This document shows, in pieces, positions 1 to 9,804 of a DNA stretch of 64,000 bases (the stretch's first letter is position 1; each line of letters opens with the position of its first letter). The DNA is taken from the IMG/VR virus record IMGVR_UViG_3300042881_003464, positions 1-64,000 of that record; one strand, given 5' to 3'. The DNA comes from a virus. Made by a program: the position numbers and the translations under genes. The notes beneath the pieces are model-generated. The model ran no database searches. It saw nothing but the letters and a program-made list of their open reading frames with translations, and was not told where the DNA came from.

Positions 1-178
1 GTACAAAATCATACAAGGCGCAGAACAGACCATACGCGGCTCTAGGCCCATTGTGGTGGTAGAACAAAAACCACATGGTACCTACAGTGACAATCAACAT
101 GCGGCCATTGATCTACTGCGTCAGTTTGGTATGAAGAGACTGGATCAAGTCAAAGACGATTGGATCATGGGATACTAA
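1..178 (+). CDS. C-terminal fragment of a probable FkbM-family methyltransferase (5' truncated by window edge)
   Basis: Frame 2 reads YKIIQGAEQTIRGSRPIVVVEQKPH...DDWIMGY-TAA(176-178); the IIQGAxxTI...P.VVVE pattern is typical of FkbM C-termini. Confidence 0.6.
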   Translation, partial: YKIIQGAEQTIRGSRPIVVVEQKPHGTYSDNQHAAIDLLRQFGMKRLDQVKDDWIMGY

Positions 179-196
179 GCGGCAAAAGGACAGCAA

Positions 197-1138
197 ATGA
201 AAATTGTATTTTTTAGTAGTAGATTCAAAACCAAGCGTGCTAGCCATAGACTACGCGGCGAGCTCATGGCCAATACCTTGGCCAGCATGGGATATGATGC
301 CAGCTGTGGTCGTAGTCTTGAAGGAGTTGATTCTACAACCACTGTGGTGTTTTTAAAAAACTCGCAGCCCACAGACATACTAGAAGCCAAGCAACGTGGC
401 GCCCATACCATATACGATCTCTGTGACAACAAGTTTGACGAAAAACAAGAATACGAACCCTGTTGTGCTGCGGCTGATGCTATCACGGTCAACAGCGAAC
501 AGATGGGCATAAGTGTAAAACAAACCACTGGCAGAGACAGCACAGTGATTCCTGATCCAGCAGAACGTCCAGTGTTAGAGCCTAGATTCGCTCCGGGCAC
601 TGACATTAATCTTTTATGGTTTGGTAGTAGTGCCAGTTTGAAATTTGTGCCCTGGGTTGAACTTTGGCAACAGTTGGAATCTCAAATCAAAAACTATCAA
701 TTCACCATGGTCACTGCCAAGGCTGATCGCATCAAACACAAAATGCAGGAGCGTCAACAGCGTGGTGCTTTTTCAGGCGTTAACTTCAACAGACTACATT
801 TTTTAGAATGGGATTGGCAGTTGCAAGGTCAGCTTTTGGCTTCTACTGATATTGTGTTGATTCCAGTGGTGCATACCAACTATAGAACTGATACCAAAAG
901 CGCCAATAGATTGATTGATGGATTAATCAGCGGCAAATTTGTTATCACCACACCCTTGGCAAGTTACGTGGAATTTGATGCATGGACCTGGCAACAAGAT
1001 GCGATGCAAGGCATCCGCTGGGCTAGAGAACATCCTGGCAAGACTCTAGAAAAGATTCAAGCCGGACAACAGTATACTATTGAAAATTATAGTCCAGCAG
1101 CAATAGCAAAACAGTGGCTAGGAGTGATGCGTGGGTAG
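197..1138 (+). CDS. Putative glycosyltransferase (GT-B/GT4-like)
   Basis: IYDLCD, LLWFGS, DIVLIP, KSANRLI...G.FVIT.P and a C-terminal YSPAAIAKQW; AAGGA SD upstream. Confidence 0.6.
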   Translation: MKIVFFSSRFKTKRASHRLRGELMANTLASMGYDASCGRSLEGVDSTTTVVFLKNSQPTDILEAKQRGAHTIYDLCDNKFDEKQEYEPCCAAADAITVNSEQMGISVKQTTGRDSTVIPDPAERPVLEPRFAPGTDINLLWFGSSASLKFVPWVELWQQLESQIKNYQFTMVTAKADRIKHKMQERQQRGAFSGVNFNRLHFLEWDWQLQGQLLASTDIVLIPVVHTNYRTDTKSANRLIDGLISGKFVITTPLASYVEFDAWTWQQDAMQGIRWAREHPGKTLEKIQAGQQYTIENYSPAAIAKQWLGVMRG

Positions 1139-1754
1139 TCCAAATGATCTGTTGTATATCAAGAAAACCGTGGGCAAAATCAACGGTTCAATCCTAGAAG
1201 TTGGTGCAAGATTCAACGCCACAGGATTCAAAAAGTTTTTTACCGAACCCTGTGACAACTGTTTACACAATGATCCTGTACAGTATTTTGGCACTGATCT
1301 GGAAGCAGGACCGGATGTTGACTATGTCTGCGATCTAACCGCGGATGAAAACACATTACCAAAAAATGCATTTGATTTGGTGTTGTGTTGTAGTGTCATG
1401 GAGCATGTTACCAAGCCATGGGTCATGGCAGAAAAAATAACCGAAGTGGTCCGACCCGGAGGACAACTGTTTATCAGTGTGCCCTGGGCCTGGCGATATC
1501 ATGCGTATCCTGATGATTATTTTAGATTTAGTCATCGTGGCATTGAGTCGCTTTACCCTGAATTTACCTGGAGTAACTTTGCTTATGCTGGCGAGCAAGG
1601 TGGAGACATTCGTTGGGTCAACCCCGGTGAGATTGGCAGAGATAGCAAATGGACTATCATGCACACCAATGATGACGGAAGTCAAAAGAAATATATACCA
1701 TATCTATTGGTAATGATGTTGGGGACTAAAAAAGATGCTGAAACAAGCTGTTGA
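1131..1754 (+). CDS. Class I SAM-dependent methyltransferase
   Basis: ILEVGA motif I, FDLVLCCSVMEHV, RPGG.L, YHAYPDDYFRF; GTG start with AGGAG SD. Confidence 0.8.
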   Translation: MGSPNDLLYIKKTVGKINGSILEVGARFNATGFKKFFTEPCDNCLHNDPVQYFGTDLEAGPDVDYVCDLTADENTLPKNAFDLVLCCSVMEHVTKPWVMAEKITEVVRPGGQLFISVPWAWRYHAYPDDYFRFSHRGIESLYPEFTWSNFAYAGEQGGDIRWVNPGEIGRDSKWTIMHTNDDGSQKKYIPYLLVMMLGTKKDAETSC

Positions 1755-2283
1755 TAACTGCAATGGACCTGTGCGCTTACACCTTGGCTGTGGCAGTGTA
1801 AAACTTGCCGGCTGGATCAATGTTGATGGCGAATACATGAGTCATGATCCAGAAGTTATTATACAAGACATAACCAAGCCATTTGAACTAGCGGACAACA
1901 CCGTGGATGAAATACTCACAGTGCATGTAATAGAACATCTCAGTCGGCAGTATGTGATGCCCATGTTCCGTGAGTTCTACAGAATATGCCGTCCTGGTGG
2001 CTCTGTTGCCATGGAATGGCCAGATCTATTGAAAATGTGTCAAGAAGTACTCAAGTACCCTGACTGTTTTTGGACCACAGACAAACGGCTGACCAAACGA
2101 ACACTGTCAGGAATCTATGGAGACTCAGCAAGGTATCCTGATCCTACCATGTTACACAAGTGGGGTTACAGTGCAGAATCCATGTGTCGTCTGTTTCAAG
2201 AAGCAGGTTTTTCTCGCACAGAAGTACAACCCAACCAATTTGGTAAAAGCAGTATTGATTCAAGAGTAGTGGCTATCAAATAA
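1735..2283 (+). CDS. SAM-dependent methyltransferase (type 11)
   Basis: LHLGCG, GWINVD, HVIEHL, RPGG, PDL motifs. Confidence 0.8.
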   Translation: MLKQAVDNCNGPVRLHLGCGSVKLAGWINVDGEYMSHDPEVIIQDITKPFELADNTVDEILTVHVIEHLSRQYVMPMFREFYRICRPGGSVAMEWPDLLKMCQEVLKYPDCFWTTDKRLTKRTLSGIYGDSARYPDPTMLHKWGYSAESMCRLFQEAGFSRTEVQPNQFGKSSIDSRVVAIK

Positions 2284-3038
2284 TGGCAGCACGTATTGTC
2301 AAACAGTTTCACGGACACAGTGGCAGCAAGATTTTCTTGATGAACAAGCACGGCCGTTTGTTTGTGCGCAAACAGGGCGATATCGCAAGAAATCTTGATA
2401 GGTATACTGTGTTGACAAAAAGTCTGCCGTCAATTCCCATGCCAGAGATATATCATGTGTTTGATGATACCATAGACATGGAGTATATTGATGGCGTTGA
2501 CATGCGCACTTACCTATTGGATCATGATCCTGAACCATTGTTAGACTTTTTAAAAACGGTTATAACAAAGTTCACTATGATTGTAGAAACTGTAAATTAT
2601 CAATCCACAGTGCAGAAGTTTCTAGAAATGGTAGATCTTGATGTCATGCCATTTACTGCTGAACAACTGCTACTGTCTGTGCCCACTAGAATATCTAAAA
2701 GCTATTATCACGGCGATCTCACACTTGAAAACATACTATGGCATCCTACCAAGGGGTTTTATCTCATTGATGCGCAGAGTGGTATCTGGGATAGTTATAT
2801 CTTTGATATTTGCAAACTTAGACAGGACGTTGAATGTAGATGGTTCTTGAGAAATCAGCCTGCGGATCTTGATCAAAAATTACAATACATTAGACAAGGT
2901 ATACTGCAACAATGGCCAGATGCGGAGAATCCGGCCTTGCTGATTTTGATGCTCATGCGTGTTTATCGTTACTGTGACGAAAACAGTGTGGAACAAAAAT
3001 TTATTTTAGAGGCGATTAGAAACACATGGAAATCATAG
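2283..3038 (+). CDS. APH/choline-kinase-like phosphotransferase (putative sugar kinase)
   Basis: GHSGS Gly loop, MEYIDG, HGDLTLENIL catalytic loop, YLID, DICKLRQD. Confidence 0.75.
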   Translation: MAARIVKQFHGHSGSKIFLMNKHGRLFVRKQGDIARNLDRYTVLTKSLPSIPMPEIYHVFDDTIDMEYIDGVDMRTYLLDHDPEPLLDFLKTVITKFTMIVETVNYQSTVQKFLEMVDLDVMPFTAEQLLLSVPTRISKSYYHGDLTLENILWHPTKGFYLIDAQSGIWDSYIFDICKLRQDVECRWFLRNQPADLDQKLQYIRQGILQQWPDAENPALLILMLMRVYRYCDENSVEQKFILEAIRNTWKS

Positions 3039-4048
3039 TACCAGCTGCTGGACTCAGCACACGATTCCCCGGTATGCGACCAAAGTATACCTTGACTGAT
3101 CACAATGGTTCAATGATGATTGAACGTGCTATTGAACAATATGTCACAACGCACCGTGTGACCATTGGTGTACTTAAACAACACGTTGAATCCTATCCAG
3201 TGTTGCATTATCTCAAAGAAAAATATGGAGGTCAAATCAATACTGTGATATTGGAAGAACCTACAACCGGCCCGGCACACACAGTTCGTGAAATTATAAC
3301 CAGAGCCAATATAAGTCCAAGCAGTGAAATACTAATCAAAGACTGTGATAGCTTTTTCACACATAACAATCCACCTGGCAATTATGTTTGTGTAAGCAAC
3401 ATAGCACAGCATGACATTCTAAAAAGATTATCTAGCAAGAGCTTTGTACGGGTTGATGCACAAGATGTGATCACAGATATTGCAGAAAAACAAGTGATCA
3501 GCGAGTTTTTCTGTGTGGGAGGTTATAAGTTTGCCAATGCTGACACATTCGTCAAAGCCTATGATGAACTCAGTGATCATAACGGAGAAATATTTGTAAG
3601 TCATGTGATTAGACACTGCCTTGGACAAAATCATGTGTTCTTCGCAGAAACCGTGGATCACTATGTTGATGTTGGCACCGCCGAAGACTGGCATGCTTAC
3701 AACGATCTGGCTGTGATTTTCTGTGACATAGATGGCACGATTGTACATGCACAGGCCAGAGAAGATTTTGGTAAACCGCCTGTGCCTTTACCAAACAATA
3801 TAAAATTAGTACAACACATGGTAGCCCAGGGATCGCAATTGGTGTTCACCACAGCCAGACCCACAGAGAGATACCAAGAGATTCATGCCATGCTGGAAGA
3901 TTTGGGATTTAGAGATTTTACCTTGATCACTGGTTTGAAAAATGTAAAACGTATTTTGATCAATGATTATAACAAAGCCAATCCTTATCCAAGAGCCATA
4001 GCTGTCAACATTCCACGAGACAGCGATACCATAGGAGACTTTCTGTGA
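3026..4048 (+). CDS. Nucleotidyltransferase fused to a HAD-family phosphatase domain
   Basis: N-terminal IIVPAAGLSTRF...PK, DCD and DVGT; C-terminal FCDIDGT (HAD motif I), TTAR, RILIND. Confidence 0.8.
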   Translation: MEIIVPAAGLSTRFPGMRPKYTLTDHNGSMMIERAIEQYVTTHRVTIGVLKQHVESYPVLHYLKEKYGGQINTVILEEPTTGPAHTVREIITRANISPSSEILIKDCDSFFTHNNPPGNYVCVSNIAQHDILKRLSSKSFVRVDAQDVITDIAEKQVISEFFCVGGYKFANADTFVKAYDELSDHNGEIFVSHVIRHCLGQNHVFFAETVDHYVDVGTAEDWHAYNDLAVIFCDIDGTIVHAQAREDFGKPPVPLPNNIKLVQHMVAQGSQLVFTTARPTERYQEIHAMLEDLGFRDFTLITGLKNVKRILINDYNKANPYPRAIAVNIPRDSDTIGDFL

Positions 4049-4887
4049 TAGCAGTTTTCTATACCGGAGACATACGTCATAATCAACTTGTGGCTCGTAA
4101 AAATCATCAGCAATTCCTAGATGCTCTTGCGGAAATTGATCACTATCAGGTTTATGATTTCACGAGAAATGATCCCGAGCGTGGGCAATGTCCCTATGAT
4201 CCACCGCCTGAGCAGGCTGATCCTGACAATGTGTATCGTCGTGGCTTTGGTGGAGGAGTCCAGGTCTGGGATTTCATGCGAGGTGTTCAAAGAACAACAG
4301 AACCCGTGGTTATAAGACTAAGAACCGATCTTTGGTTTACTGCTTCAAGTATACAAGTAATCTGTGACGAGATTAAATTGTTAATCAACAACCACGCTGA
4401 CGTTGCATACTTTGGCAGTGATTGGCTTAATGATTCAGTTGGACAGATAAACATGAAGTTGCCTGTTAACATACACATAGATCCACATGTTCAAGATTTT
4501 GTTGTTGCGGCGCGGCGCGATGGAATCAAAGACTTTGACACTGTGATCAATGATATAAATGTACTCAATCCCAACAAACGACGCAGCGGTAACAAGCTTT
4601 TTAGATACATTTTAAAAATGAATGGTCTTGATCAAGTTAGCCGCGCACATAGAATATTGTGTCAACTTTGGTTAATTAGACAAGATTACGGTGATTATCC
4701 CACAGACTCCACTGTGGTTAGAGATTACATTCAAAGCTACATTGTTGATGACAAGGCCAAGGCTGGCAAGAAGAATATGTTGATACCGCATCCCATGCAA
4801 GATGCAGTTAACTGGTGGCGACAATGCCAGGGTTGGGAACCCAAGGAAATAGAAAATCAACGTTGGTGGGATTGGCAGAAACCATGA
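4045..4887 (+). CDS. Putative glycosyltransferase-like protein, paralog 1 of 3
   Basis: MIAVFYTG..R start, QVWDF, IRLRTD and VQDFVV shared with the next two ORFs; GTGA coupling to the upstream gene. Confidence 0.45.
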   Translation: MIAVFYTGDIRHNQLVARKNHQQFLDALAEIDHYQVYDFTRNDPERGQCPYDPPPEQADPDNVYRRGFGGGVQVWDFMRGVQRTTEPVVIRLRTDLWFTASSIQVICDEIKLLINNHADVAYFGSDWLNDSVGQINMKLPVNIHIDPHVQDFVVAARRDGIKDFDTVINDINVLNPNKRRSGNKLFRYILKMNGLDQVSRAHRILCQLWLIRQDYGDYPTDSTVVRDYIQSYIVDDKAKAGKKNMLIPHPMQDAVNWWRQCQGWEPKEIENQRWWDWQKP

Positions 4888-5552
4888 TTGGCGTGTTTTA
4901 CATTGGTGAACCAAGATTCGCTGATATTGGGCGTGCCAACCATGAAAAGCTATGGACAAGACTCAAACAGCATTGGCCCATGCACGTCTACGATTATACC
5001 TGGAATCAAGCTTGGCCACGAAATTGTGCCAGCGACCTGGCTGGGGTAGTTCAGGTCTGGGACTTTTATCAAGCACTGTCGCGTGTGTCTGAAAAGTACA
5101 TAATTAAAATGCGTACTGATGTTTGGTTAAGTGATGCCGCAGCTGATGTAGTGTTCAAAGAAATGCAGATGATCATCAACAATGAAAATGATCTTGCTTA
5201 CATTGGCATGGAATTGGTCACGGACTTTGGAACAAACTATAACCGTATTCCTGCACAGGGATTTCCCAAGGTACAGGACTTTGTTATCTGTGCTAATCGT
5301 GAACGCATTGCAGAGAGTGATGCTCCACTATGGGAAAGTCAGAATATCAAAAAACTCAAAAGCGGAAATCGCACATATAGACTGCTCATGCTACCCGAAA
5401 CTCGTGCTTACACAGTGAGAACTCACATGCCATTGATACGTAAAAACTATGATAGTATAGATGAATGGCAGCTCACCTATGATTTTATATCTCAGTATCA
5501 CAAAGCTCAAGAGGCAGTGGCCTGGTGGACACAACACCGTCCCAAAATGTAA
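4884..5552 (+). CDS. Putative glycosyltransferase-like protein, paralog 2 of 3
   Basis: Start reassigned to ATG 4884 (ATGA overlap with upstream stop): MIGVFYIG..R, QVWDF, IKMRTD, VQDFVI, KSGN. Confidence 0.45.
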   Translation: MIGVFYIGEPRFADIGRANHEKLWTRLKQHWPMHVYDYTWNQAWPRNCASDLAGVVQVWDFYQALSRVSEKYIIKMRTDVWLSDAAADVVFKEMQMIINNENDLAYIGMELVTDFGTNYNRIPAQGFPKVQDFVICANRERIAESDAPLWESQNIKKLKSGNRTYRLLMLPETRAYTVRTHMPLIRKNYDSIDEWQLTYDFISQYHKAQEAVAWWTQHRPKM

Positions 5553-5570
5553 TTCTAACGGTATAACAAA

Positions 5571-6245
5571 ATGATAGCAGTAATATACATCGGTCCTAAC
5601 AGATTTAGAGATTTCACACGCAACAATCACGAAACCTTGTTCAACGAGTTGCGATCAAATTGGCCCATTGGCGTATACGACTTCACTGCTCCTGTGATAG
5701 ATCGCAGCAGGATGAATTATCAAGGCACGCCGGACACTCAGGATGTATTTGATTTTTATCTTGGCGCTGTGACCACTCAAGCTAAATTTGTCATCAAGTT
5801 AAGAACAGACGCTTGGTTTACGGCCGCTGCTAATCAAGTCTTGATACAGGAATTCTCAAACATTGTCAACGAAGATCTAGATCTATGTTTTGTTGGCATG
5901 GAACTCAGTGAAGACTACGCAACAGACTACACCAGATTAGTAGTAGATAAAACAGTGAAGCTACAGGATTCAGTGGTCATGGCCAACATGAGCAAAATTA
6001 ATCCTGTTGATGTTGCCCTGCCCAATCTCATGGATGATCGTAAAGCCGTTAGCACTAATCGAGCTTTCCGGCATCTTATCGCTGCCACAACTCAAGTGGT
6101 CACTGTTCATACTCAGCTGCCCTTGGTAGTAGACGATTATCTTGATCCTGATGACAAACAGATTACCCTGGCCTACATCAACACCTACGGTGAGCGTATG
6201 CCAGCTGCTCGCACCTATTGGACTCTGCGCACTCCTAGGACCTAG
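5571..6245 (+). CDS. Putative glycosyltransferase-like protein, paralog 3 of 3
   Basis: MIAVIYIG..R, VFDFY, IKLRTD, GMEL, LQDSVV. Confidence 0.45.
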   Translation: MIAVIYIGPNRFRDFTRNNHETLFNELRSNWPIGVYDFTAPVIDRSRMNYQGTPDTQDVFDFYLGAVTTQAKFVIKLRTDAWFTAAANQVLIQEFSNIVNEDLDLCFVGMELSEDYATDYTRLVVDKTVKLQDSVVMANMSKINPVDVALPNLMDDRKAVSTNRAFRHLIAATTQVVTVHTQLPLVVDDYLDPDDKQITLAYINTYGERMPAARTYWTLRTPRT

Positions 6246-6447
6246 GACGCTTGGGTGGCTCAGGTGCCAACATTTTTTTCAATATCAGCATCACCCGACC
6301 TTTTTCTCTTTCAGCGAGAAGTTTGACCATGATTAACTTATCATCATAACTCTTTGCATTGTCCAAGAGATCTGATGGTATTGTCATTTTCTTTTTGGCT
6401 TTTTTTGCTTTTATAGGTTCATCATCTTGTTGCATCTGGAATTTCAC
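6235..6447 (-). CDS. Hypothetical small basic protein
   Basis: 70-aa Lys-rich ORF coupled to the upstream gene. Confidence 0.5.
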   Translation of the reverse strand: MKFQMQQDDEPIKAKKAKKKMTIPSDLLDNAKSYDDKLIMVKLLAEREKGRVMLILKKMLAPEPPKRPRS

Positions 6448-7213
6448 AATCTACCCATTTAAGGTTTTGATAATATTCATATGGCCAAGTGCCTTTAGGC
6501 AACAAACATCTACCCAAGTCAGGTCGGTTGTCTATTCGAATTTGCACCACGGCCCATATCAACCACGTGATATACAGTATACCTACACTGGTTATACTCC
6601 AACACATAAGTTTATAATTTCGTTGTCGCCGGGCTCGACGTGCTTTTTTCTCCTTTAGATCATTTTTACGCATTTCTAATGCAATAGCACCTGCTTGCTC
6701 TTTGCCTACCACTTTCATCATGGCTTCAACTTCGGTCCATAGAGCACCTAACTCCGGCGGACTTTGATAAACCATGATTTCACGCAGTTCATCGCCCATA
6801 GCTTGAAGTTGTTTTTTAAGAAGCACACGTTGTAATGCACGTTTACCTAGACTATCTTCGCCATGATAGACTTCGGTTTTACTGCGACGTTCTTCTTCTT
6901 CAAACACCGCATTGCATTTGTGAAGGTTATCAAAGTAAACACCTAATTGTTGCCCGATCTCTGTATAGATGTTGGTGGTCTCGCCGCCTTTTTTGTTCAG
7001 CTCAATTACGCGATTTTTTTCTGCTATGTATTGGTTGCGTTCCGCAACAGTGGGAGGATGATCTTTGTGCTTGCGATGGAATTGGTCGTCAAGGTCCTGC
7101 AGAACATCTTTGATGTCCCCGGCTGCTCCCTTGATATCTTTATAAAGCTTGCATCCTTCTTTTACAAGCTTTACTGCTCCGTTGGCTAGGGCAAAGAGGG
7201 TTAACGGATCCAC
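6422..7213 (-). CDS. Hypothetical coiled-coil membrane protein
   Basis: MDPLTLFALA amphipathic N-terminus, helical core, one C-terminal TM segment (LMCWSITSVGILYITWLIWAVV); SD AAGGGG. Confidence 0.65.
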   Translation of the reverse strand: MDPLTLFALANGAVKLVKEGCKLYKDIKGAAGDIKDVLQDLDDQFHRKHKDHPPTVAERNQYIAEKNRVIELNKKGGETTNIYTEIGQQLGVYFDNLHKCNAVFEEEERRSKTEVYHGEDSLGKRALQRVLLKKQLQAMGDELREIMVYQSPPELGALWTEVEAMMKVVGKEQAGAIALEMRKNDLKEKKARRARRQRNYKLMCWSITSVGILYITWLIWAVVQIRIDNRPDLGRCLLPKGTWPYEYYQNLKWVDCEIPDATR

Positions 7214-7264
7214 TTTGCTTGACCCCTTTATTGTTATTATTATAGGGTTCTATTGACCCAATGA

Positions 7265-7272
7265 TATTTATA
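7265..7272 (-). promoter_or_regulatory. T4-type late promoter TATAAATA
   Basis: Exact T4 late consensus; its TAA is the stop codon of the upstream gene. Confidence 0.7.
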
Positions 7273-8167
7273 GGAAGGGTAAGAATTTCTGGAATACCAG
7301 CCCGCGACGGCTTTCTTCGTCGCTCCAGTGGCAGGCTGCAAGATCGTAGATCCATTGCTCACGGGCAAACCAACGGGGCTGAGCAAGCTCGTCTAGACTG
7401 TGGTGAGATACGTCCCAGCATACCGAGCTACGATCGTCAACTAACAGAGGAACTCCTGCTAGAATAGATGCCACCCCCGAGCTAGAATTAAACACACAGG
7501 CACTTTGAGCATCGGCTAGATCATCAGCCAATGATCTTGTTTTACTAGGACTGATCATTACATTTAAATTTGCTAGGTCTGTAAGATCAATTTTTTTACC
7601 TGGATGGGGTCGAACTAAGATTGGTAGGTCAGTCACACGCCTTAGTTCATTTATTTTGTTACGTGTCCATTCAACTGGATTAAGACCTTTCATACTCCAG
7701 CCGCCGTCTCGTTGCATCAGCAACAAAACATAGTTGCCACCATTACGCCAAGGATGTAGTTGAAGATTTAGGTCTTGACTGATAGTAATCCATCTACTGG
7801 CATCACTGTTGCGATTGGCATATTCAGCTGTGTCATAAAACACACCATTGAGACTGTAGCGTAGATATTTGCCAGTGCTATCATGAAACTTAAATGTACT
7901 AGCATCAATGGCCATGACATGATTATTGGTACGCTTTTGTTCTTTTACCACTGCATGTCTAAGACGAATGTTGGGTCCATCTTGAAGTGGACTTGGCCAA
8001 CCAAGTATCACCGACAATCGTGCAGGCCTTATGTTGTAACTACGTTCAATTACAACTGATGCTCCTTGACTTCGGGCGCCGTCGGCAAAGGCCTGCAACA
8101 CATCAATCTTGCGACTGGGTGTTTGTTTCTGTAAACTACTGAAATAAACTACAACATCAATCGTCAT
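7268..8167 (-). CDS. Capsule-biosynthesis-like (KpsS/KpsC-like GT-B) glycosyltransferase
   Basis: Likely start MTIDVVVY at 8167; VRPHP, FNSSSGVASILAGVP, WIYDLA..HWS.EE..G; paralogous to the C-half of the adjacent gene. Confidence 0.5.
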   Translation of the reverse strand: MTIDVVVYFSSLQKQTPSRKIDVLQAFADGARSQGASVVIERSYNIRPARLSVILGWPSPLQDGPNIRLRHAVVKEQKRTNNHVMAIDASTFKFHDSTGKYLRYSLNGVFYDTAEYANRNSDASRWITISQDLNLQLHPWRNGGNYVLLLMQRDGGWSMKGLNPVEWTRNKINELRRVTDLPILVRPHPGKKIDLTDLANLNVMISPSKTRSLADDLADAQSACVFNSSSGVASILAGVPLLVDDRSSVCWDVSHHSLDELAQPRWFAREQWIYDLAACHWSDEESRRGLVFQKFLPFL

Positions 8168-9803
8168 TGAGAATCCGCCAAGCAGTACCATCACGCATTT
8201 CAGGTTCAGTAAACTGACAATATGCCAGATGCGCAAGCCATTCCTCTACTTCATCCAGTGTTGGAATAAAAGGATTCTCAATATCTTTTACTGACTGCGA
8301 ACACACGGGTGCTGCGGCACTTGGTCCAAGCACAATGGCCGGCTTTCCAAGGCAAATGGCCTCAACGGCTGCAATTGAACTAAAGGTAACCAAGCAATGC
8401 ACGTTTCGCTCTAGAGCCATTTCCATTGTGTCCGTGCTCTGTCTAACACTTCTACTGGCTTTGTTTCGAATAATGATCTCTCTATCAGTGAACAGTTTGA
8501 TCTGAGCCACAGTTTCTTCAAGCCATCGATCTAGGTCAATATCATAACACATCAGCAATTTTTGACTAGGTGGTGCCAGTAATATATTTGAACCTGGACG
8601 GAATTTACGCACTTGCCATCCTGTGGCTGACAATCTATCTCTTGGACGATGTTTTACTTCTCCAAGATACTGCATGTTGTTTTTGGTTATACGGTGATAT
8701 GTTTTTTTCCTACCGTTGCCAAAGTAACCAGTGTCAATATAGTAGAAATCTCTGCCGGTTTTTCTACAGGCATCCATGTGTTTGCGTTTGGTTACTCCAC
8801 GTACCACTATAGGTGTTTTACTTTCACTGGTTTTGTCCCAAACTGAAATCTGTCCGCCTGAACCAATGATAAAACTTTTCAAGAACGGATCATAATTTTG
8901 TCCTTTTGCTTCCAGTTTGTCGCTGGCTTCTTCTTCGGTATCTGCTTCAACAGCCACGCAAGCCTTGTTGTCTAACATTGCTAGTTCCTTGATGATACGC
9001 TCATAACCTGAATCTTTGTAGTAATTTCCTGCAGGATCATGGCGATAGTTAATAATTTTGTTAAACAGTGCTACCACGGGATCAGGTAAAGCATCAAATA
9101 ATTTAGGAGGTGGTTGCAACTGTTGGCTCTGACGCATTTGATTTAGTGCATCACCGTAGTACCATCCGTATGGAACACCACGTGCTTCTGGATGCCAAGG
9201 ACCGCCTTCGGTAAAGTGTATGGCCTTGATATCAGTGTTTAAAATTGTGGGATCAGTATGACCAGGTATAAACTGCCACTCTAGTCCCAAACCGCCAATT
9301 TCATTGCCTGCGGCCCACTCAAATCTGTGCAAAAAGTTTGGTTTAGCCGCGTGAATATATTCCGGGGTGAGTTCCTTGGTTCTATCATGACTGTTGTTCC
9401 ACAGCATTAAACTGCTCCAGCACTTGCGTCCATACACAGCATTGGGTCTACCATCTAGTCTGTTTTCAGACTGAGGTTTGTAAGGAGTTTTCACAACCAT
9501 GACTGCATGTTTGTGATCCATGGATTGAAAAATTTCACGTACATCGCCTAGAAACACATAGTCAGGATCCACATACAAACTCCAGCCCTGATAATTGCTT
9601 AGATGTGGTACAGCAAATCTAGTCAGAGTGGTTTCAGTTGTGGCAGCGTTATCTTGTTTCCATATGATTTTTTGGTCTTCAAGATCTTTTTTACGTAAAA
9701 AACTCACGTGCAGCGGAATAGTGCTATGCTTGAGCAGAGTATAACGACAGACTTCTGCGGCTTCTTGTTGTGCTGGATCCCACCCAATAAAAACTTTCCA
9801 CAT
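8157..9803 (-). CDS. Two-domain glycosyltransferase: GT8-like N-domain plus capsule-synthesis-like C-domain
   Basis: Start MWKVFIGWD at 9803; N-half has TRF.VP, YVDPD, RKCWSSLML, IHFTEGGPW; C-half has YIDTGY, FSSIAAVEAI..GKP, WLAHLAYCQFT. Confidence 0.65.
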   Translation of the reverse strand: MWKVFIGWDPAQQEAAEVCRYTLLKHSTIPLHVSFLRKKDLEDQKIIWKQDNAATTETTLTRFAVPHLSNYQGWSLYVDPDYVFLGDVREIFQSMDHKHAVMVVKTPYKPQSENRLDGRPNAVYGRKCWSSLMLWNNSHDRTKELTPEYIHAAKPNFLHRFEWAAGNEIGGLGLEWQFIPGHTDPTILNTDIKAIHFTEGGPWHPEARGVPYGWYYGDALNQMRQSQQLQPPPKLFDALPDPVVALFNKIINYRHDPAGNYYKDSGYERIIKELAMLDNKACVAVEADTEEEASDKLEAKGQNYDPFLKSFIIGSGGQISVWDKTSESKTPIVVRGVTKRKHMDACRKTGRDFYYIDTGYFGNGRKKTYHRITKNNMQYLGEVKHRPRDRLSATGWQVRKFRPGSNILLAPPSQKLLMCYDIDLDRWLEETVAQIKLFTDREIIIRNKASRSVRQSTDTMEMALERNVHCLVTFSSIAAVEAICLGKPAIVLGPSAAAPVCSQSVKDIENPFIPTLDEVEEWLAHLAYCQFTEPEMRDGTAWRILNDD

Positions 9804-9804
9804 A

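Noticed and set aside
2283-3038. Aminoglycoside resistance gene
   Set aside because: Only the general APH/choline kinase fold motifs are present; the context with a nucleotidyltransferase and GTs points to sugar metabolism
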